The notes: generated by a model not told the origin, from the sequence alone. 64,000 nucleotides of DNA from Chloroflexota bacterium (GCA_016235055.1 JACRMK010000009.1:24435-88434), one strand, 5' to 3'; shown: positions 49,694 through 60,290, counted from the first letter of the stretch. Program-made: numbers and translations.

Positions 49694-51613
49694 TCAGTTC
49701 AGGCGCCGCCAGTCGGCGACATTCCACAATTCCGAGTCCCAAACGCCATTCAGGTCGACGCCGCCGAGCGTGCGGCTCTGAGCCGCAACTGTATTTCGCA
49801 CAAACAATGGAGACCAGAACAGATCGCTTAGCAGGATCTCCTGGAGCTGCGAGGCGAGGACCGCGCGCCAGCCCGGCTCCCCTTCCCTGACCAAATGACC
49901 GAACAGCCGGTCATACTCGCGCGTGCAAGCGCGCTCATAGTTGTTGCCGCTCCAGTACTGCAAACGCGTGCGAATCTCTGCGCAGGTCCACGTCTTCAGG
50001 AAACTCGCGGGGTCGGGCGAATCCGGGCCGCCGCCAAGCATCTGCACATCGGCGTAGAATCGCCCGGCCGCGGACGCGTTGAACTCCGGGTTGGCGAAGA
50101 ACACGGCAGCCGGGACTGCACGGATCCGGGTATCGATCCCGATGCGCTCCCAGGCTGCCTTGATATATGCGGCGGCGCGTTCGCGCAGCGGGTTTGCGCT
50201 CGTCTGGAACAGCACCTGCATGCGTATATCCTGACCACGAACAATCTTATGCCGCACGCCATCGCTGCCGGCATACCAGCCGGCATCCGCCAGCAGCGTG
50301 GTCGCCGACAGGAACGTCGTGTCGGTCACCGGAGGACATGCGGCCATGGCTGTCACAAGCGCGGCTACGCCGTTCAGCGCCAAACAGGTTGGCGTCGCGG
50401 CGTGTCCGTAAACTTGAGCGACCAACGCCGTCCGGTCGATCACCATCGCCATGGCGCGCCGGACGCGCAGGTCCGAGAGAAACGGGTGCGCCGCACCGCC
50501 GCGTTCGGTTAGTTCGGAGCGGTAATCGCCCAATGCGGGGTCGGGGTTCGTGCGATTGAACAGCAAACGCTCGACCCCGGCGCCGGGACGTGTTATGAGG
50601 ATCCCTCGGGCGTCGGCCACTGCGGCCAGTTTGTCAAGCATGGCCGAATCGACCGGCAGTACCGATGCATAGTCTGCCTGGCCGGTCACCAGTGCAGCAC
50701 GTGCCGCCGTGACCGGGTCGGGTGCGCCCTCCAGCTCAACTTCGCCAAAGCACGGCTTGCCCCGCGCGCGCTCGCGGTATAGCGGGTTAACCGCATAGAC
50801 AATCCTGTCGCCCGCCCGTGCCTCACGAACAATGTATGGGCCCGTCCCTACGGGCGCCAGGTTCGGGCCGCCACGCGAGTTGCCGCCGCTGAAACGCTCA
50901 AACTGTCTACGCTGTAGGATTTGGCCGCTGGTTCCGGTGAAGCCTTCCAGCGGCTGCTGCGACGCTTCGCGCCAGCGAATGCGCACCGTGTAGCGATCCG
51001 GCGCGCTGATCGTCAGGATGTTGTCAAACGCCGTCCGATCGACGGCGCCGGTTTGTGGATCACTGACATACCGATAGGTGAACAGCACATCGTCGGCCGT
51101 GAAGTCGCTCCCGTCCGACCAGACGACGCCCGTCTTCAGCTTCCACGTAACCGTCAGAAAATCAGTCGTGACCCCGCTGTTGGCGATCGTCGGGATTTCG
51201 GCCGCCAGCACCGGGATCGCCTCGCCCCGTGGGCTGTATGCCGCAAGCGGTTCGAGCACGAGGCGCGCGGCATCGATATCTTGAACGCCCAACGCCAGAT
51301 GCGAGTTGAGTGTCGTTGGCGGCCTGCCATACGACAGTCTGAGCATGCCGCACGCGCCGGCCATTCCGGGTGGTATGGTCGGCGTGGGCGTCGCGGTCGC
51401 GTTGTGGGTAGCTGGCGCCGGCGCGCCAGATGCGCGCGGCGACGGCGTTGACGTGAGGGACGGGGTTGGCGTCGTCGCCGGTGCACGCAAAGGCGTGGAC
51501 GTCGGAGCAACCGCTACGGGCGCGCGGGGCGCCGCCGGCCGCGGCGCGCAGCCCGCCGACAAAATGCCGGCGGCAAGCACCAGCACCGCCGCATGCAGAT
51601 AGCGCAGCATCAC
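49694..51613 (-). CDS. Second ABC transporter substrate-binding lipoprotein, family 5
   Basis: MMLRYLHAAVLVLAAGILSAGC lipobox. Pro/Thr/Ala linker. SBP_bac_5-like body (WKLKTGVVWSDGSDFTADDVLFTY). Confidence 0.85.
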   Translation of the reverse strand: MMLRYLHAAVLVLAAGILSAGCAPRPAAPRAPVAVAPTSTPLRAPATTPTPSLTSTPSPRASGAPAPATHNATATPTPTIPPGMAGACGMLRLSYGRPPTTLNSHLALGVQDIDAARLVLEPLAAYSPRGEAIPVLAAEIPTIANSGVTTDFLTVTWKLKTGVVWSDGSDFTADDVLFTYRYVSDPQTGAVDRTAFDNILTISAPDRYTVRIRWREASQQPLEGFTGTSGQILQRRQFERFSGGNSRGGPNLAPVGTGPYIVREARAGDRIVYAVNPLYRERARGKPCFGEVELEGAPDPVTAARAALVTGQADYASVLPVDSAMLDKLAAVADARGILITRPGAGVERLLFNRTNPDPALGDYRSELTERGGAAHPFLSDLRVRRAMAMVIDRTALVAQVYGHAATPTCLALNGVAALVTAMAACPPVTDTTFLSATTLLADAGWYAGSDGVRHKIVRGQDIRMQVLFQTSANPLRERAAAYIKAAWERIGIDTRIRAVPAAVFFANPEFNASAAGRFYADVQMLGGGPDSPDPASFLKTWTCAEIRTRLQYWSGNNYERACTREYDRLFGHLVREGEPGWRAVLASQLQEILLSDLFWSPLFVRNTVAAQSRTLGGVDLNGVWDSELWNVADWRRLN

Positions 51614-51616
51614 GAC

Positions 51617-51919
51617 TCAGGCCGGCAGTTCGACTTGCCGTTTCGTCGTGTCGGCCTGCTGGCGATAGAAGATCACTACGTGGCCAATGATCTGCACCAG
51701 TTCGCTGCTCGTTTGCGCGGCCAGCGCCGCCGCAATTTCACGCTTGTCTTCCTTGAAGCCGATGAAGCGCACCTTGGCCAGCTCGTGTGCTGAGAGCACC
51801 TGGTCGAGACTGGCGCGGACGGATTCGGTGGCCCCGGCTTTGCCGATCTGGACGCTCGGCTTCAGATGGTGAGCGAGTTGCTTAAGGTACTTCCGTTGTG
51901 TATTGGTCAGTGTGGTCAT
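51617..51919 (-). CDS. yhbY: YhbY/CRM-domain RNA-binding protein (ribosome assembly)
   Basis: Start taken at ATG 51919 (MTTLTNTQRKYLKQLAHHLKPSVQIGKAG.T..V...LDQ.L..HEL.KV). Typical ~100-aa CRS1_YhbY domain. Confidence 0.8.
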   Translation of the reverse strand: MTTLTNTQRKYLKQLAHHLKPSVQIGKAGATESVRASLDQVLSAHELAKVRFIGFKEDKREIAAALAAQTSSELVQIIGHVVIFYRQQADTTKRQVELPA

Positions 51920-52121
51920 AGGCGTGCCCAGTTCACGGCACGCTGGCATTATACACTGATTCGCCGGGCCGCGGGTATGCGCAAGCTATACTATAATCAA
52001 TGCGTATGCGCGCAGGCTTGGCCGATGCCGGGTTACGGCACGCCGGTGCGCTGCGGGCTTTGGCGGTGCCGCCGTTGGCAGCGTCGATGCCCAGCGACCA
52101 CTCGACAGGATCACCGCTATC

Positions 52122-53981
52122 ATGGCTCGTCGCTCAATGAAGGAACGTTTCGGCGGCATGCAGCAGTTGCCGCGCCTCTTTTCGTTCGTCAGGCCATACC
52201 GCCTGCACCTGACCATCGCATTGGCCGGCATCGTCGTCGGCAGCCTGCTCGGCCTGGCCGGGCCATACGCGCTGCAATTCCTCGTGGACGCGGTCTTCAA
52301 GCAGAACGATGCGGCGATGCTGAACCAAATTGCGATCGCATTGGTTGCCATCTTTGCCCTGCAAAGCATTGTGTATTTCGTACGCGGCTATTTGCTGGCG
52401 TACGTCGGCGAGCGGATCATGGCGGATATGCGCGTCCGGCTGTTTGCGCATCTTGAATCGCTGTCGCTCAACTTCTTCAATAACCGGCGCACCGGCGAAC
52501 TGGTCAGCCGGCTCACCAACGACGTCGCCAGCGCACGCAACGTGCTGACGAGCGACATCGCTACGGCGCTATCGCAGGTGCTGACGTTCATCGGTGCGCT
52601 CATTCTGATTGTTGCTACCAACTGGCGGCTGACCCTGTTCATGTTCGCGCTGGTGCCGGTCATAGTGGTCGCCGGCGCTCTGCTGGGGCGGCGGTTGCGC
52701 ATCATTTCGGCGGCGGTGCAGGATCAACTGGCCGTCGCCACGACGGTGCTGGAAGAGTCGGTCAGCGGCATCCGTATCGTGCAGTCGTTCACCCGCGAGC
52801 CATACGAGCTCGACCGCTACCGCTCCAGCATCGAGCGCACGGTGGCATTGGCCATGCAGCGCATTCGCCTCTCGTCCGCCTTCGGGCCGTTCGTGTCGTT
52901 CCTCGGCTTCGGCGCGGTCACGTCGATCTTCTGGTTTGGCGGGCAGGAGGTGCTTGCCGGGCGTCTCAGCGCCGGCCAGTTATTCATGTTTCTGGTGTTG
53001 ACTATGACGATCGCCGGTTCGCTCGGTCAGTTTTCCGGCCTGTGGACCAGCCTGCAGGAGACGCTCGGCGCCACCAAGCGCGTTTTCGAACTGCTGGACA
53101 CGCCGGCCGAAATCCGCGATGCAGCCGGCGCGACCGCCGTTCCGCGCATCGAAGGACTCATCGAGCTGAATCACGTGAGCTTCGCCTACCGCGACAACCC
53201 GGGCACGCCGATCCTGCGCGACATCTCGTTTGCCGTGCGACCGGGTGAGGTGCTGGCACTGGTCGGCCCCAGCGGCGCCGGCAAAACCACGCTCGTCAAC
53301 CTGATCCCGCGATTCTTTGACCCGGCGGCCGGGGCGATCTGCGTTGACGGGCGCGACCTGCGCGACGTGACAGTGGCCAGTCTGCGCGCGCAGGTCGGCC
53401 TGGTACCGCAGGACACCCTGCTGTTTGGCGGCACCGTGCGCGAGAACATCCTGTATGGGCGGCTCGGCGCGTCCGAGGCCGCGATGATTGAGGCCGCTCA
53501 AGCCGCCAACGCGCATGACTTCATCGTGCAGCTTGCGCACGGGTACGACACACTCATCGGCGAGCGCGGTGTCAAGCTGAGCGGCGGACAGCGCCAGCGC
53601 GTGGCGATCGCTCGCGCGATCCTTAAAGACCCGCGCATCCTGCTGCTCGACGAGGCGACCTCCGCGCTGGACAGCGAGAGCGAAGGGCTGGTGCAGGAAG
53701 CATTGGAGCGACTGATGCAAGGCCGCACGTCCATCGTGATCGCGCACCGGCTGTCCACAATTCAGAACGCCAGCCGGATCGCAGTGCTGGAGGGCGGCCG
53801 TCTCGTCGAGTTCGGCACACACGCCGAGCTGCTGGCACTTGACGGGTTGTATGCCCGGCTGCACCGGATGCAGTTCCGCGACGAGGAGCCGACGGCGGCG
53901 CAGGCGGCGGAGCCTGAGGCGACGCCTGAAACGAAGCCACGCTCGCGCAGTCTGTTCGCCGGCTTTCGCGGCGACGCTTAG
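52122..53981 (+). CDS. ABC exporter, fused permease/ATPase (MsbA/ABCB-type)
   Basis: Six-TM N-domain. Walker A GPSGAGKTT. Signature LSGGQRQRVAIARA. Walker B ILLLDEATSALD. Confidence 0.9.
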   Translation: MARRSMKERFGGMQQLPRLFSFVRPYRLHLTIALAGIVVGSLLGLAGPYALQFLVDAVFKQNDAAMLNQIAIALVAIFALQSIVYFVRGYLLAYVGERIMADMRVRLFAHLESLSLNFFNNRRTGELVSRLTNDVASARNVLTSDIATALSQVLTFIGALILIVATNWRLTLFMFALVPVIVVAGALLGRRLRIISAAVQDQLAVATTVLEESVSGIRIVQSFTREPYELDRYRSSIERTVALAMQRIRLSSAFGPFVSFLGFGAVTSIFWFGGQEVLAGRLSAGQLFMFLVLTMTIAGSLGQFSGLWTSLQETLGATKRVFELLDTPAEIRDAAGATAVPRIEGLIELNHVSFAYRDNPGTPILRDISFAVRPGEVLALVGPSGAGKTTLVNLIPRFFDPAAGAICVDGRDLRDVTVASLRAQVGLVPQDTLLFGGTVRENILYGRLGASEAAMIEAAQAANAHDFIVQLAHGYDTLIGERGVKLSGGQRQRVAIARAILKDPRILLLDEATSALDSESEGLVQEALERLMQGRTSIVIAHRLSTIQNASRIAVLEGGRLVEFGTHAELLALDGLYARLHRMQFRDEEPTAAQAAEPEATPETKPRSRSLFAGFRGDA

Positions 53982-53997
53982 CGGCTACTGAAACAGC

Positions 53998-54032
53998 AAA
54001 CGCCCCCGATGCGCTCGGGGGCGTTTTGTTTC
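53998..54032. terminator. Bidirectional intrinsic terminator between convergent exporter and lyase genes
   Basis: Perfect 12-bp stem aaacgcccccga / tcgggggcgttt with loop tgcgc (53998-54026), followed by tgtttcc. The A-run in the left arm serves the opposite strand. Confidence 0.75.
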
Positions 54033-54068
54033 CAGCATCGCCTGGCGGCGGGGCCAGGGCCCGTTGCT

Positions 54069-55256
54069 CTACGCTGTGACTTCGGTCGGCTGGACCTTTT
54101 CGAGCGCACCGACCATGCGATGCAGGCCGTCCATGAGCTGCGCGCGCGTTGTGCCGAAATTGAGGCGCACAAACTTTTCACCACCGGCGCCAAATGTGGG
54201 GCCGTCGTTGAACGCCACCTTCGCTTCGCTGAGGAAGAAGTCGTACGGGCTGCCCTCAATGGCGGTTCCGCTGCAGTCGAGCCAGGCCAGGTACGTCGAG
54301 TTCGGAACGCTCGTATGGATCTCCGGCATCTTTTCCATAATGAACTTGTTCATGATATCGCGATTAGCGGTCAGGTATGCCAGCATCTGCACCAACCACG
54401 GGTCACCGTACTGGTAGGCCGCCTCCGCCGCGATATAGCCCATCGCGTTCACGTGCGGCACAATACCCATCTCCGCTTTCTTCACCTTCTCGCGCAGTTC
54501 GTGATTCTGCACGATCGCGAAAGAGCAGCCCAGCCCCGCCAGGTTGAACGTCTTGCTGGGCGCCATCAGGGTGATCGTGCGCTGCGCGACCTCCGGCGAA
54601 AGCGCTGCCATCGGCACATGCTTGGCGCCGCCCAGCATCAACTCGCAATGGATCTCGTCCGAGCAGATGACCAGATTGTGCTTCGCGCATGCTTCGGCCA
54701 TGTTCATCAGTTCCGCGCGCGTCCACTCCTGCCCGATCGGGTTGTGCGGATGGCAGAGCATGAACAGTTTGGTACGGGGCGTGATCGCCTTCGCAAACGC
54801 GTCGAGGTCGATCTCGTAATGGAATGTCTGGCCGTGATCCACGCGTACGAGTTCCGTCTTGTCGGCCGTCATGCCATGGTTGGCGGGCGCGGCCAGGAAC
54901 GGCGGATAGACCGGCGTCGTCATTAACACGCCATCGCCCGGCTGCCCGACCGCACGGCAGGCAACGTTCAGGCCGCTGACCAGGCCCGGCAGGTAAACGA
55001 TATCCTCGGGCTTGATGTGCCAGTTGTAGCGCTTCGCCATCCGCTCGCAGATCAGGTTGCTCAGCTTATCCGTCGGCCCCTCGTAGCCGAACACGCCGTG
55101 CTCCACTTTGCGGCGCAGCGCGTCCAGCACCTCGTCGGGCGACTTGAAATCCATGTCAGCAACATACATGGGCAATACATCGGCGTCATAGCGATTCCAC
55201 TTGTAGCTGGCGCTGGCCTGGCGCCGTTCGATGATGGTATCAAAGTTGTAGGTCAC
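54069..55256 (-). CDS. PLP-dependent C-S lyase, MalY/PatB family (cystathionine beta-lyase-like aminotransferase)
   Basis: MTYNFDTIIERRQASASYKWNRYD..DVLPMYVADMDF...LMAPSKTFNLAGL is a class I/II aminotransferase fold with the PatB-type N-terminus. Confidence 0.85.
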   Translation of the reverse strand: MTYNFDTIIERRQASASYKWNRYDADVLPMYVADMDFKSPDEVLDALRRKVEHGVFGYEGPTDKLSNLICERMAKRYNWHIKPEDIVYLPGLVSGLNVACRAVGQPGDGVLMTTPVYPPFLAAPANHGMTADKTELVRVDHGQTFHYEIDLDAFAKAITPRTKLFMLCHPHNPIGQEWTRAELMNMAEACAKHNLVICSDEIHCELMLGGAKHVPMAALSPEVAQRTITLMAPSKTFNLAGLGCSFAIVQNHELREKVKKAEMGIVPHVNAMGYIAAEAAYQYGDPWLVQMLAYLTANRDIMNKFIMEKMPEIHTSVPNSTYLAWLDCSGTAIEGSPYDFFLSEAKVAFNDGPTFGAGGEKFVRLNFGTTRAQLMDGLHRMVGALEKVQPTEVTA

Positions 55257-55368
55257 AGTACGCTCCTCCTCAGGATTGGGTTATGCTTGCCGGGCTTGAC
55301 GTGGAGATTATCTCACAAAGCGGCGGCATAGATCAAATACGCAGCCCGCCCACTCGGCTGGCTGCGCG

Positions 55369-57003
55369 TCAGAACGCGGAAATCTTCGTCTCCTTCATCG
55401 TGATGAACTCCAGCAGAACCGGCACGCCCGCCTGCGTTTGCGCGATACCGCGCCGGATGGCCGGCACGATCTCATCCGGCGTGGTGACGCGTTCGCCGTA
55501 GCCGCCGAACGCGCGCGCCATATCCGCGTAGCGGCCGGAAATGTCGGTGCTGCGGTATTTTTCGGTTGAGACCGGCATGATCGGCAGTTCGATCGCCATC
55601 GAGAAGTTGTTGAAAAGAACCGACATGATCGGGATCCGCTCGCGCACCGTCGTTTCGAAGTCCATGCCGGTGAACCCAATGGCCGCATCGCCCCACACGT
55701 TGATACACAGCTTGTCGGGCCGCGCCAGCTTGGCGCCCATGGCCAGGCCAAGCCCATAGCCCAGTTGTGTTGTTTTGCCCCAGCCGATATACGACAACGG
55801 CTCGGCGGCCACCCAAAACGGCGACAACTGGTCGCGCGGCGATCCCGCATCATGGGTGATGATCGTGTTGGTTCCATCCACCGTGCGCAGCAAGTCGCGG
55901 ATGACCCGGTACGGCGACAGTGGCGTCGCGTCGCTGTCCAGTTTCGCCCGCCAGGCGTTCAGCCACGGCTCGCGCACCGATGCGATTTCCGCCGCGACCG
56001 CCGCGCTCCGGCCGCGCGGTTTCCCGCCGAGGCGCGCGCTCAGCTCCGCCAGCAGTGCGTCGAGGGTCAACGCCGCATCGCCGACCAGTCCAACCTCCGC
56101 CGGAATCTCCTTGTCGATGTCGGCGGCGTCCAGCGTGGCATGCACATAGCGCTTTGTCTTGGGCAGCTTCGTGCCGAAGTTTGTCGTGGTAAACGAGCAG
56201 CCGATACCGAAGATGACGTCGGACGCTTGCACGAAATGGTGCACCGCCTGCGGCATCGCACGGCCGCCGGCGCCCAGCGCCAGGGGGTGATTCTCCGGGA
56301 ACGCGCTCTTGCCGCCGAGGCTGGTCGTCACCGGCGCTTCGAGCAGTTCGGCCAACGCCCGCAGTTGCGGCCACGCCTTTGCGTAGTGGACGCCCTGCCC
56401 GGCATAGATCACGGGCCGCTGCGCGGCCACCAGCAGCTCAGCCGCGCGGCGCACATCCGCCGGATCCGGCCCGCTGCGCTTGGCGCGCACGGGTTGGTAG
56501 GCCAGCGGCTCCGGCACCTCCTCGTTCCAGACATCGTTCGGGATCTCGACCAGCGCCGGTCGCGGCCGCCCACTGCGCACGGCGGCGAACGCCCGACGCA
56601 TCGCGTCCACGACCAGACTGCCGTGCACGACCTGCTCGCAGCTCTTGGTGACGTGCTGGAAATTCAGATAGGCGCTGAAGTTTGGCTGCAACTGCGCCTG
56701 CGCGCGCGGGTATCCGCCCGGCAGCACGATGATAGGCGCCGATTCGCCGTACGCTTGCGCGACGCCGCCGAACGCGTTCTCCGTGCCCGGCCCGTACTGC
56801 ATGCAGAACACGCCGATCTGCTCGCCCGAGTTGATCCGGCTAAATGCATCGGCCATGTGCAACCCGATCCGTTCCTGCCGCACGATAATCGGCCGGATGT
56901 CCACCCGCGCTGCCGCCTCGATCAGCGGGTTCACGGGATACGCGAACAGGTATTCGACGCCTTCCGCCTTCAGGATATGGGCTATCGCATCGACAACCTT
57001 CAT
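55369..57003 (-). CDS. Thiamine pyrophosphate-dependent enzyme (acetolactate synthase large-subunit-like family)
   Basis: ATG 57003 with AAGGAG RBS (MKVVDAIAHILKAEGVEYLFAYP). TPP-binding GWGKTTQLGYGLGLAMGAKLA...NVWGDAAIGFTGMDFET. Confidence 0.8.
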   Translation of the reverse strand: MKVVDAIAHILKAEGVEYLFAYPVNPLIEAAARVDIRPIIVRQERIGLHMADAFSRINSGEQIGVFCMQYGPGTENAFGGVAQAYGESAPIIVLPGGYPRAQAQLQPNFSAYLNFQHVTKSCEQVVHGSLVVDAMRRAFAAVRSGRPRPALVEIPNDVWNEEVPEPLAYQPVRAKRSGPDPADVRRAAELLVAAQRPVIYAGQGVHYAKAWPQLRALAELLEAPVTTSLGGKSAFPENHPLALGAGGRAMPQAVHHFVQASDVIFGIGCSFTTTNFGTKLPKTKRYVHATLDAADIDKEIPAEVGLVGDAALTLDALLAELSARLGGKPRGRSAAVAAEIASVREPWLNAWRAKLDSDATPLSPYRVIRDLLRTVDGTNTIITHDAGSPRDQLSPFWVAAEPLSYIGWGKTTQLGYGLGLAMGAKLARPDKLCINVWGDAAIGFTGMDFETTVRERIPIMSVLFNNFSMAIELPIMPVSTEKYRSTDISGRYADMARAFGGYGERVTTPDEIVPAIRRGIAQTQAGVPVLLEFITMKETKISAF

Positions 57004-57028
57004 GTCAGGCTCCTTCACGACGCCGCGT

Positions 57029-58561
57029 CTAGCGAGTCGGTGGATACAGGTCGGCGTACTTCGCGGCCAGATACGCCAGGTACGGCCCGGTCGCCAGCCC
57101 CTGCCCGGTGGCGCGCTGCAGAATTTCGTTGGCACTGAAGGCGCGCCCGTGGCGGTACATGTTGTCGGTCAGCCACGCCAGCAGCGGGGCGTAGTCGCCC
57201 TGCGCCAGCGCAGCATCCAGCCCGGCCACCGAACGTCGAGCCGCTTCGAACAACTGCACCGACATGATGTTGCCGATTGTGTAGGTGCAGAACGAGCCGT
57301 ACGAGCCCGACGACCAGTGTACGTCCTGCAGTGCGCCGCGCGCGTCGTCGGCGGGCACGACGCCCAGGTACTCTTTCATTTTGGCGCGCCAGTACGCCGC
57401 CACGTCGTTCACGGCAACTGTGCCGTCCAGCATCGCCATCTCAATCTCGACACGCAGCATGATATGGTAATTGTAGGTCACTTCGTCGGCTTCGACGCGG
57501 ATCTCGCTCGGCCGCACGCGATTGATGGCGCGGAAGAACGTCTCGGCATCGACATCGGCCAGTTGTGACGGAAAGACCTCGCGCAGGCCGGCGAAGTGGT
57601 GTCGCCAGAAGGTCCGGCTGCGCCCGACGAGATTCTCCCACAACCGCGACTGCGACTCGTGGGCGCCGTACGATGTGCCGCCGACGGCATACTGGCCGAG
57701 GAAGTCGGTGGTCAGCGCCGTGCGCGTCAACGACGGGTCCACACCCTGCTCGTACAAACCGTGCCCGGTCTCATGGAACAGGCCGAAGATCGCCGCTGGC
57801 AGGAAGTTCCGTTTATAACGGGTGGTGATGCGCACATCTTCGCGCGTGAACGAGACTTCGAAGGGATGCGCCGCGATATCGAGTCGCCCCCGGCGCAAGT
57901 CGTAGCCGAAGGCCTGCGCGATCGCCAGGCCAAACGCGCGCTGGCGGTCCTCGGCATAGTCGCGCTCCAGGAAATCAGTGCGCGGCGCGGGCGAGACGGC
58001 CGCGCGATCGATAATCGGCTGCAAGCCGGCGCGCAACTCGGCAAACAACACCTTCAGGCGTGCCGCCGTCATACCCGGCTCGTACTTGAGCAGCAGCGCA
58101 TCGTACGGGTGCGCCTGGTACCCGATGGCGTCCGCCAGCTTGCGCTGCATCGCCACCATGCGCGACAGGTACGGCGCAAACAGCGGGAAATTGCTCGTCC
58201 GGCGCGCCTCGCCCCAGACCGACTGCGCCACCGGCTCGTACTCGGCCATGTCAGCGGCCAGCGCCGACGGGATGCGGCGCGCGACTTCATAGGCTTCGCG
58301 TGTCTGCCGGACTGCGCGCACTTCGTACGAGTCCGGGCTGGCGCCGCTCAGCGCCGCTTCGGCCGCATCCAGCAACCGCGCCGTGGTATCGCCGGCGAAA
58401 CGATCCTGGGCAATTTCGGCCAGCGTCGCCAGTTGCGACGCGCGCGTCTGCGCGCCGCCGGGCGGCATCTGCGTGCGCGCATCCCAGTTCAGAATGTTGA
58501 TCGTGTTAAACAGATCGTTGATGCTGGCAATATGACGCTGGAACTGCTCGTAATCGTTCAT
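57029..58561 (-). CDS. Carboxypeptidase Taq-like metallopeptidase (M32 family)
   Basis: ATG 58561 (MNDYEQFQRHI...). HETGHGLYEQG zinc motif. HESQSRLWEN and DVHWSSGSYGSFCTYTIGN are conserved M32 blocks. Confidence 0.9.
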   Translation of the reverse strand: MNDYEQFQRHIASINDLFNTINILNWDARTQMPPGGAQTRASQLATLAEIAQDRFAGDTTARLLDAAEAALSGASPDSYEVRAVRQTREAYEVARRIPSALAADMAEYEPVAQSVWGEARRTSNFPLFAPYLSRMVAMQRKLADAIGYQAHPYDALLLKYEPGMTAARLKVLFAELRAGLQPIIDRAAVSPAPRTDFLERDYAEDRQRAFGLAIAQAFGYDLRRGRLDIAAHPFEVSFTREDVRITTRYKRNFLPAAIFGLFHETGHGLYEQGVDPSLTRTALTTDFLGQYAVGGTSYGAHESQSRLWENLVGRSRTFWRHHFAGLREVFPSQLADVDAETFFRAINRVRPSEIRVEADEVTYNYHIMLRVEIEMAMLDGTVAVNDVAAYWRAKMKEYLGVVPADDARGALQDVHWSSGSYGSFCTYTIGNIMSVQLFEAARRSVAGLDAALAQGDYAPLLAWLTDNMYRHGRAFSANEILQRATGQGLATGPYLAYLAAKYADLYPPTR

Positions 58562-58580
58562 GCGAACCTCTGAGGGTGGA

Positions 58581-60290
58581 TTAGGCAGCAAGCAGCGCAA
58601 GCGCTTCGCGCAGCGCAAACATCAGCGCATTATTGCTGCGCGTCAGCCGCGTCTGCAAGAAACGATAGGCGCTGAGATCCGACGCCAACCCGGCCAGTTT
58701 GCGCGCATCCTGGATGCCGGGCAAGTGCGGGATGGCCCAGGCCGGGTCGTGATCGAACGGGCCAGCTTGCGTATACGTTATCGGAATCAGTATCCGGCTG
58801 AGCGCCATCATCTGCCTGTTGAGCGCCGGCACGTCAGCGGGCGCAGCGTTCACGAGTCGCTGATGCCACCGCTCCACTGCGCGGGTCAGTTGCTCGGCGC
58901 GCGCCAGCGTGGCGGTCAGATCCAGGTGCGCGCCGGCCGCCGCCTGTACCGCCTTCAACTCCGTCACGATGTCCGCCGCCACCGGACGGAAGTCCATCGG
59001 CAGAAGTGACTGCGTGCAGAGTTGCCACAACGTGCTGACGTAGATGCGCGTGTCCAGTTCGAGCACGTCGAGGTCCACTTTGTCGATGGTATCGCCGTCC
59101 GTGTGCCACCACCACGGCATCTTGCCGCCGATCATGGCGCTGAATGATGCCGATACGCCATCCTCATTCGCGCTGGTGACCGGCACCTGGCTCAGCGTCA
59201 TGAACAGCGAGGGAATGCCGATGCCGTTGAACGACATGTCGCCGGCACGGCTCATGCGCTTGGCCTCGGGTGCCTGCCCGGTGTGCTGCTGGACAATCGC
59301 CGCGCCGAGCGGACCGAGTTCCTTGTTGACGCCAAAGCTCCCGTAGTACGTCGCGCCGCGCGCGCCGGTTGAATCGACGTTGACGTGCGCGACGCAGTGG
59401 TCGCGCAGCTCTTCCCAGTGGTGGTCGGCGTACCAGGTTGAGCCGGAGTAGCGTGCATGGCTGTGTCCGCTCCAGAAGATGACGCGCAGGCCCCGCACCA
59501 ACTGCTGGCGGTGCAGCGACAGCAGGCGCGCCACCTCCAGCATCGTGGCGTTGGCGCTGCCGTTATCCATCGCGCCTTCGTGCCATGAGTCCTGGTGGCC
59601 GCTGAACATCACGAACTCGTCACTGAACGTGCCGGAAATCTCGCCCACCAGTATCGGCGTCGTCTGCCATTGCATGAACACACGTGACAGCATGCGCACA
59701 CGCACCGGGCCGGCTGCCAGCCGCCGGCGCAAATCGGCGCCGTCCAAGGCGACGATCGAGACCGCCGGGTGCTTTGGAATACGCACCGCCGATTCCGGCG
59801 TCGGCGTGCCCCAGATGGTGCTGACGACCATATTGTGCAGGTGATCGTCGTTGACAAAGATCTCGCCGGCGGCACCCGCGCGCTCGGCATCGTACACCGG
59901 CACCGGTCCGGCCAACCCGTTGACCAGCACGATCTTGCCGCGCACGTCGTTGGCGGCGTAGTCGGCGGGCGTGCCATTGCCCAGATCGACGACCTCGGCT
60001 TCCAGTCCTTCCGTGCTGGCCGTATACGCGTGTCCGAGGCATCGGTAGCGGCAGGCGGCGCTACCCAGCACGTCGAGGCTGCTTTCCAGCGGGTATGACA
60101 CCAGCGCCGGATGATCAATGATGGAAGTCGTGAGGCCGTAGCCGTCCAGCACACCGCGCAAATACTGCACCGCTTCGCGCTCCGCCGGGCTGCCGGACAG
60201 GCGCACCCACTGCGCGATACGGCTGTTCGTATCCCAGAGTTTCGTGCGCGAGATTTGGCTGATGAGTTCAGGTTCAGTCACTGGGGACAT
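58581..60290 (-). CDS. M28-family metallopeptidase with PA domain and C-terminal helical (transferrin-receptor-like) domain
   Basis: PA-like insert VVDLGNGTPADYAANDVRGKIVLVNG. M28 metal-site blocks FSGHQDSWHEGAMDNGSANATMLEVARL and VIFWSGHSHARYSGSTWY. Cytoplasmic, with no signal peptide seen. Confidence 0.7.
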   Translation of the reverse strand: MSPVTEPELISQISRTKLWDTNSRIAQWVRLSGSPAEREAVQYLRGVLDGYGLTTSIIDHPALVSYPLESSLDVLGSAACRYRCLGHAYTASTEGLEAEVVDLGNGTPADYAANDVRGKIVLVNGLAGPVPVYDAERAGAAGEIFVNDDHLHNMVVSTIWGTPTPESAVRIPKHPAVSIVALDGADLRRRLAAGPVRVRMLSRVFMQWQTTPILVGEISGTFSDEFVMFSGHQDSWHEGAMDNGSANATMLEVARLLSLHRQQLVRGLRVIFWSGHSHARYSGSTWYADHHWEELRDHCVAHVNVDSTGARGATYYGSFGVNKELGPLGAAIVQQHTGQAPEAKRMSRAGDMSFNGIGIPSLFMTLSQVPVTSANEDGVSASFSAMIGGKMPWWWHTDGDTIDKVDLDVLELDTRIYVSTLWQLCTQSLLPMDFRPVAADIVTELKAVQAAAGAHLDLTATLARAEQLTRAVERWHQRLVNAAPADVPALNRQMMALSRILIPITYTQAGPFDHDPAWAIPHLPGIQDARKLAGLASDLSAYRFLQTRLTRSNNALMFALREALALLAA

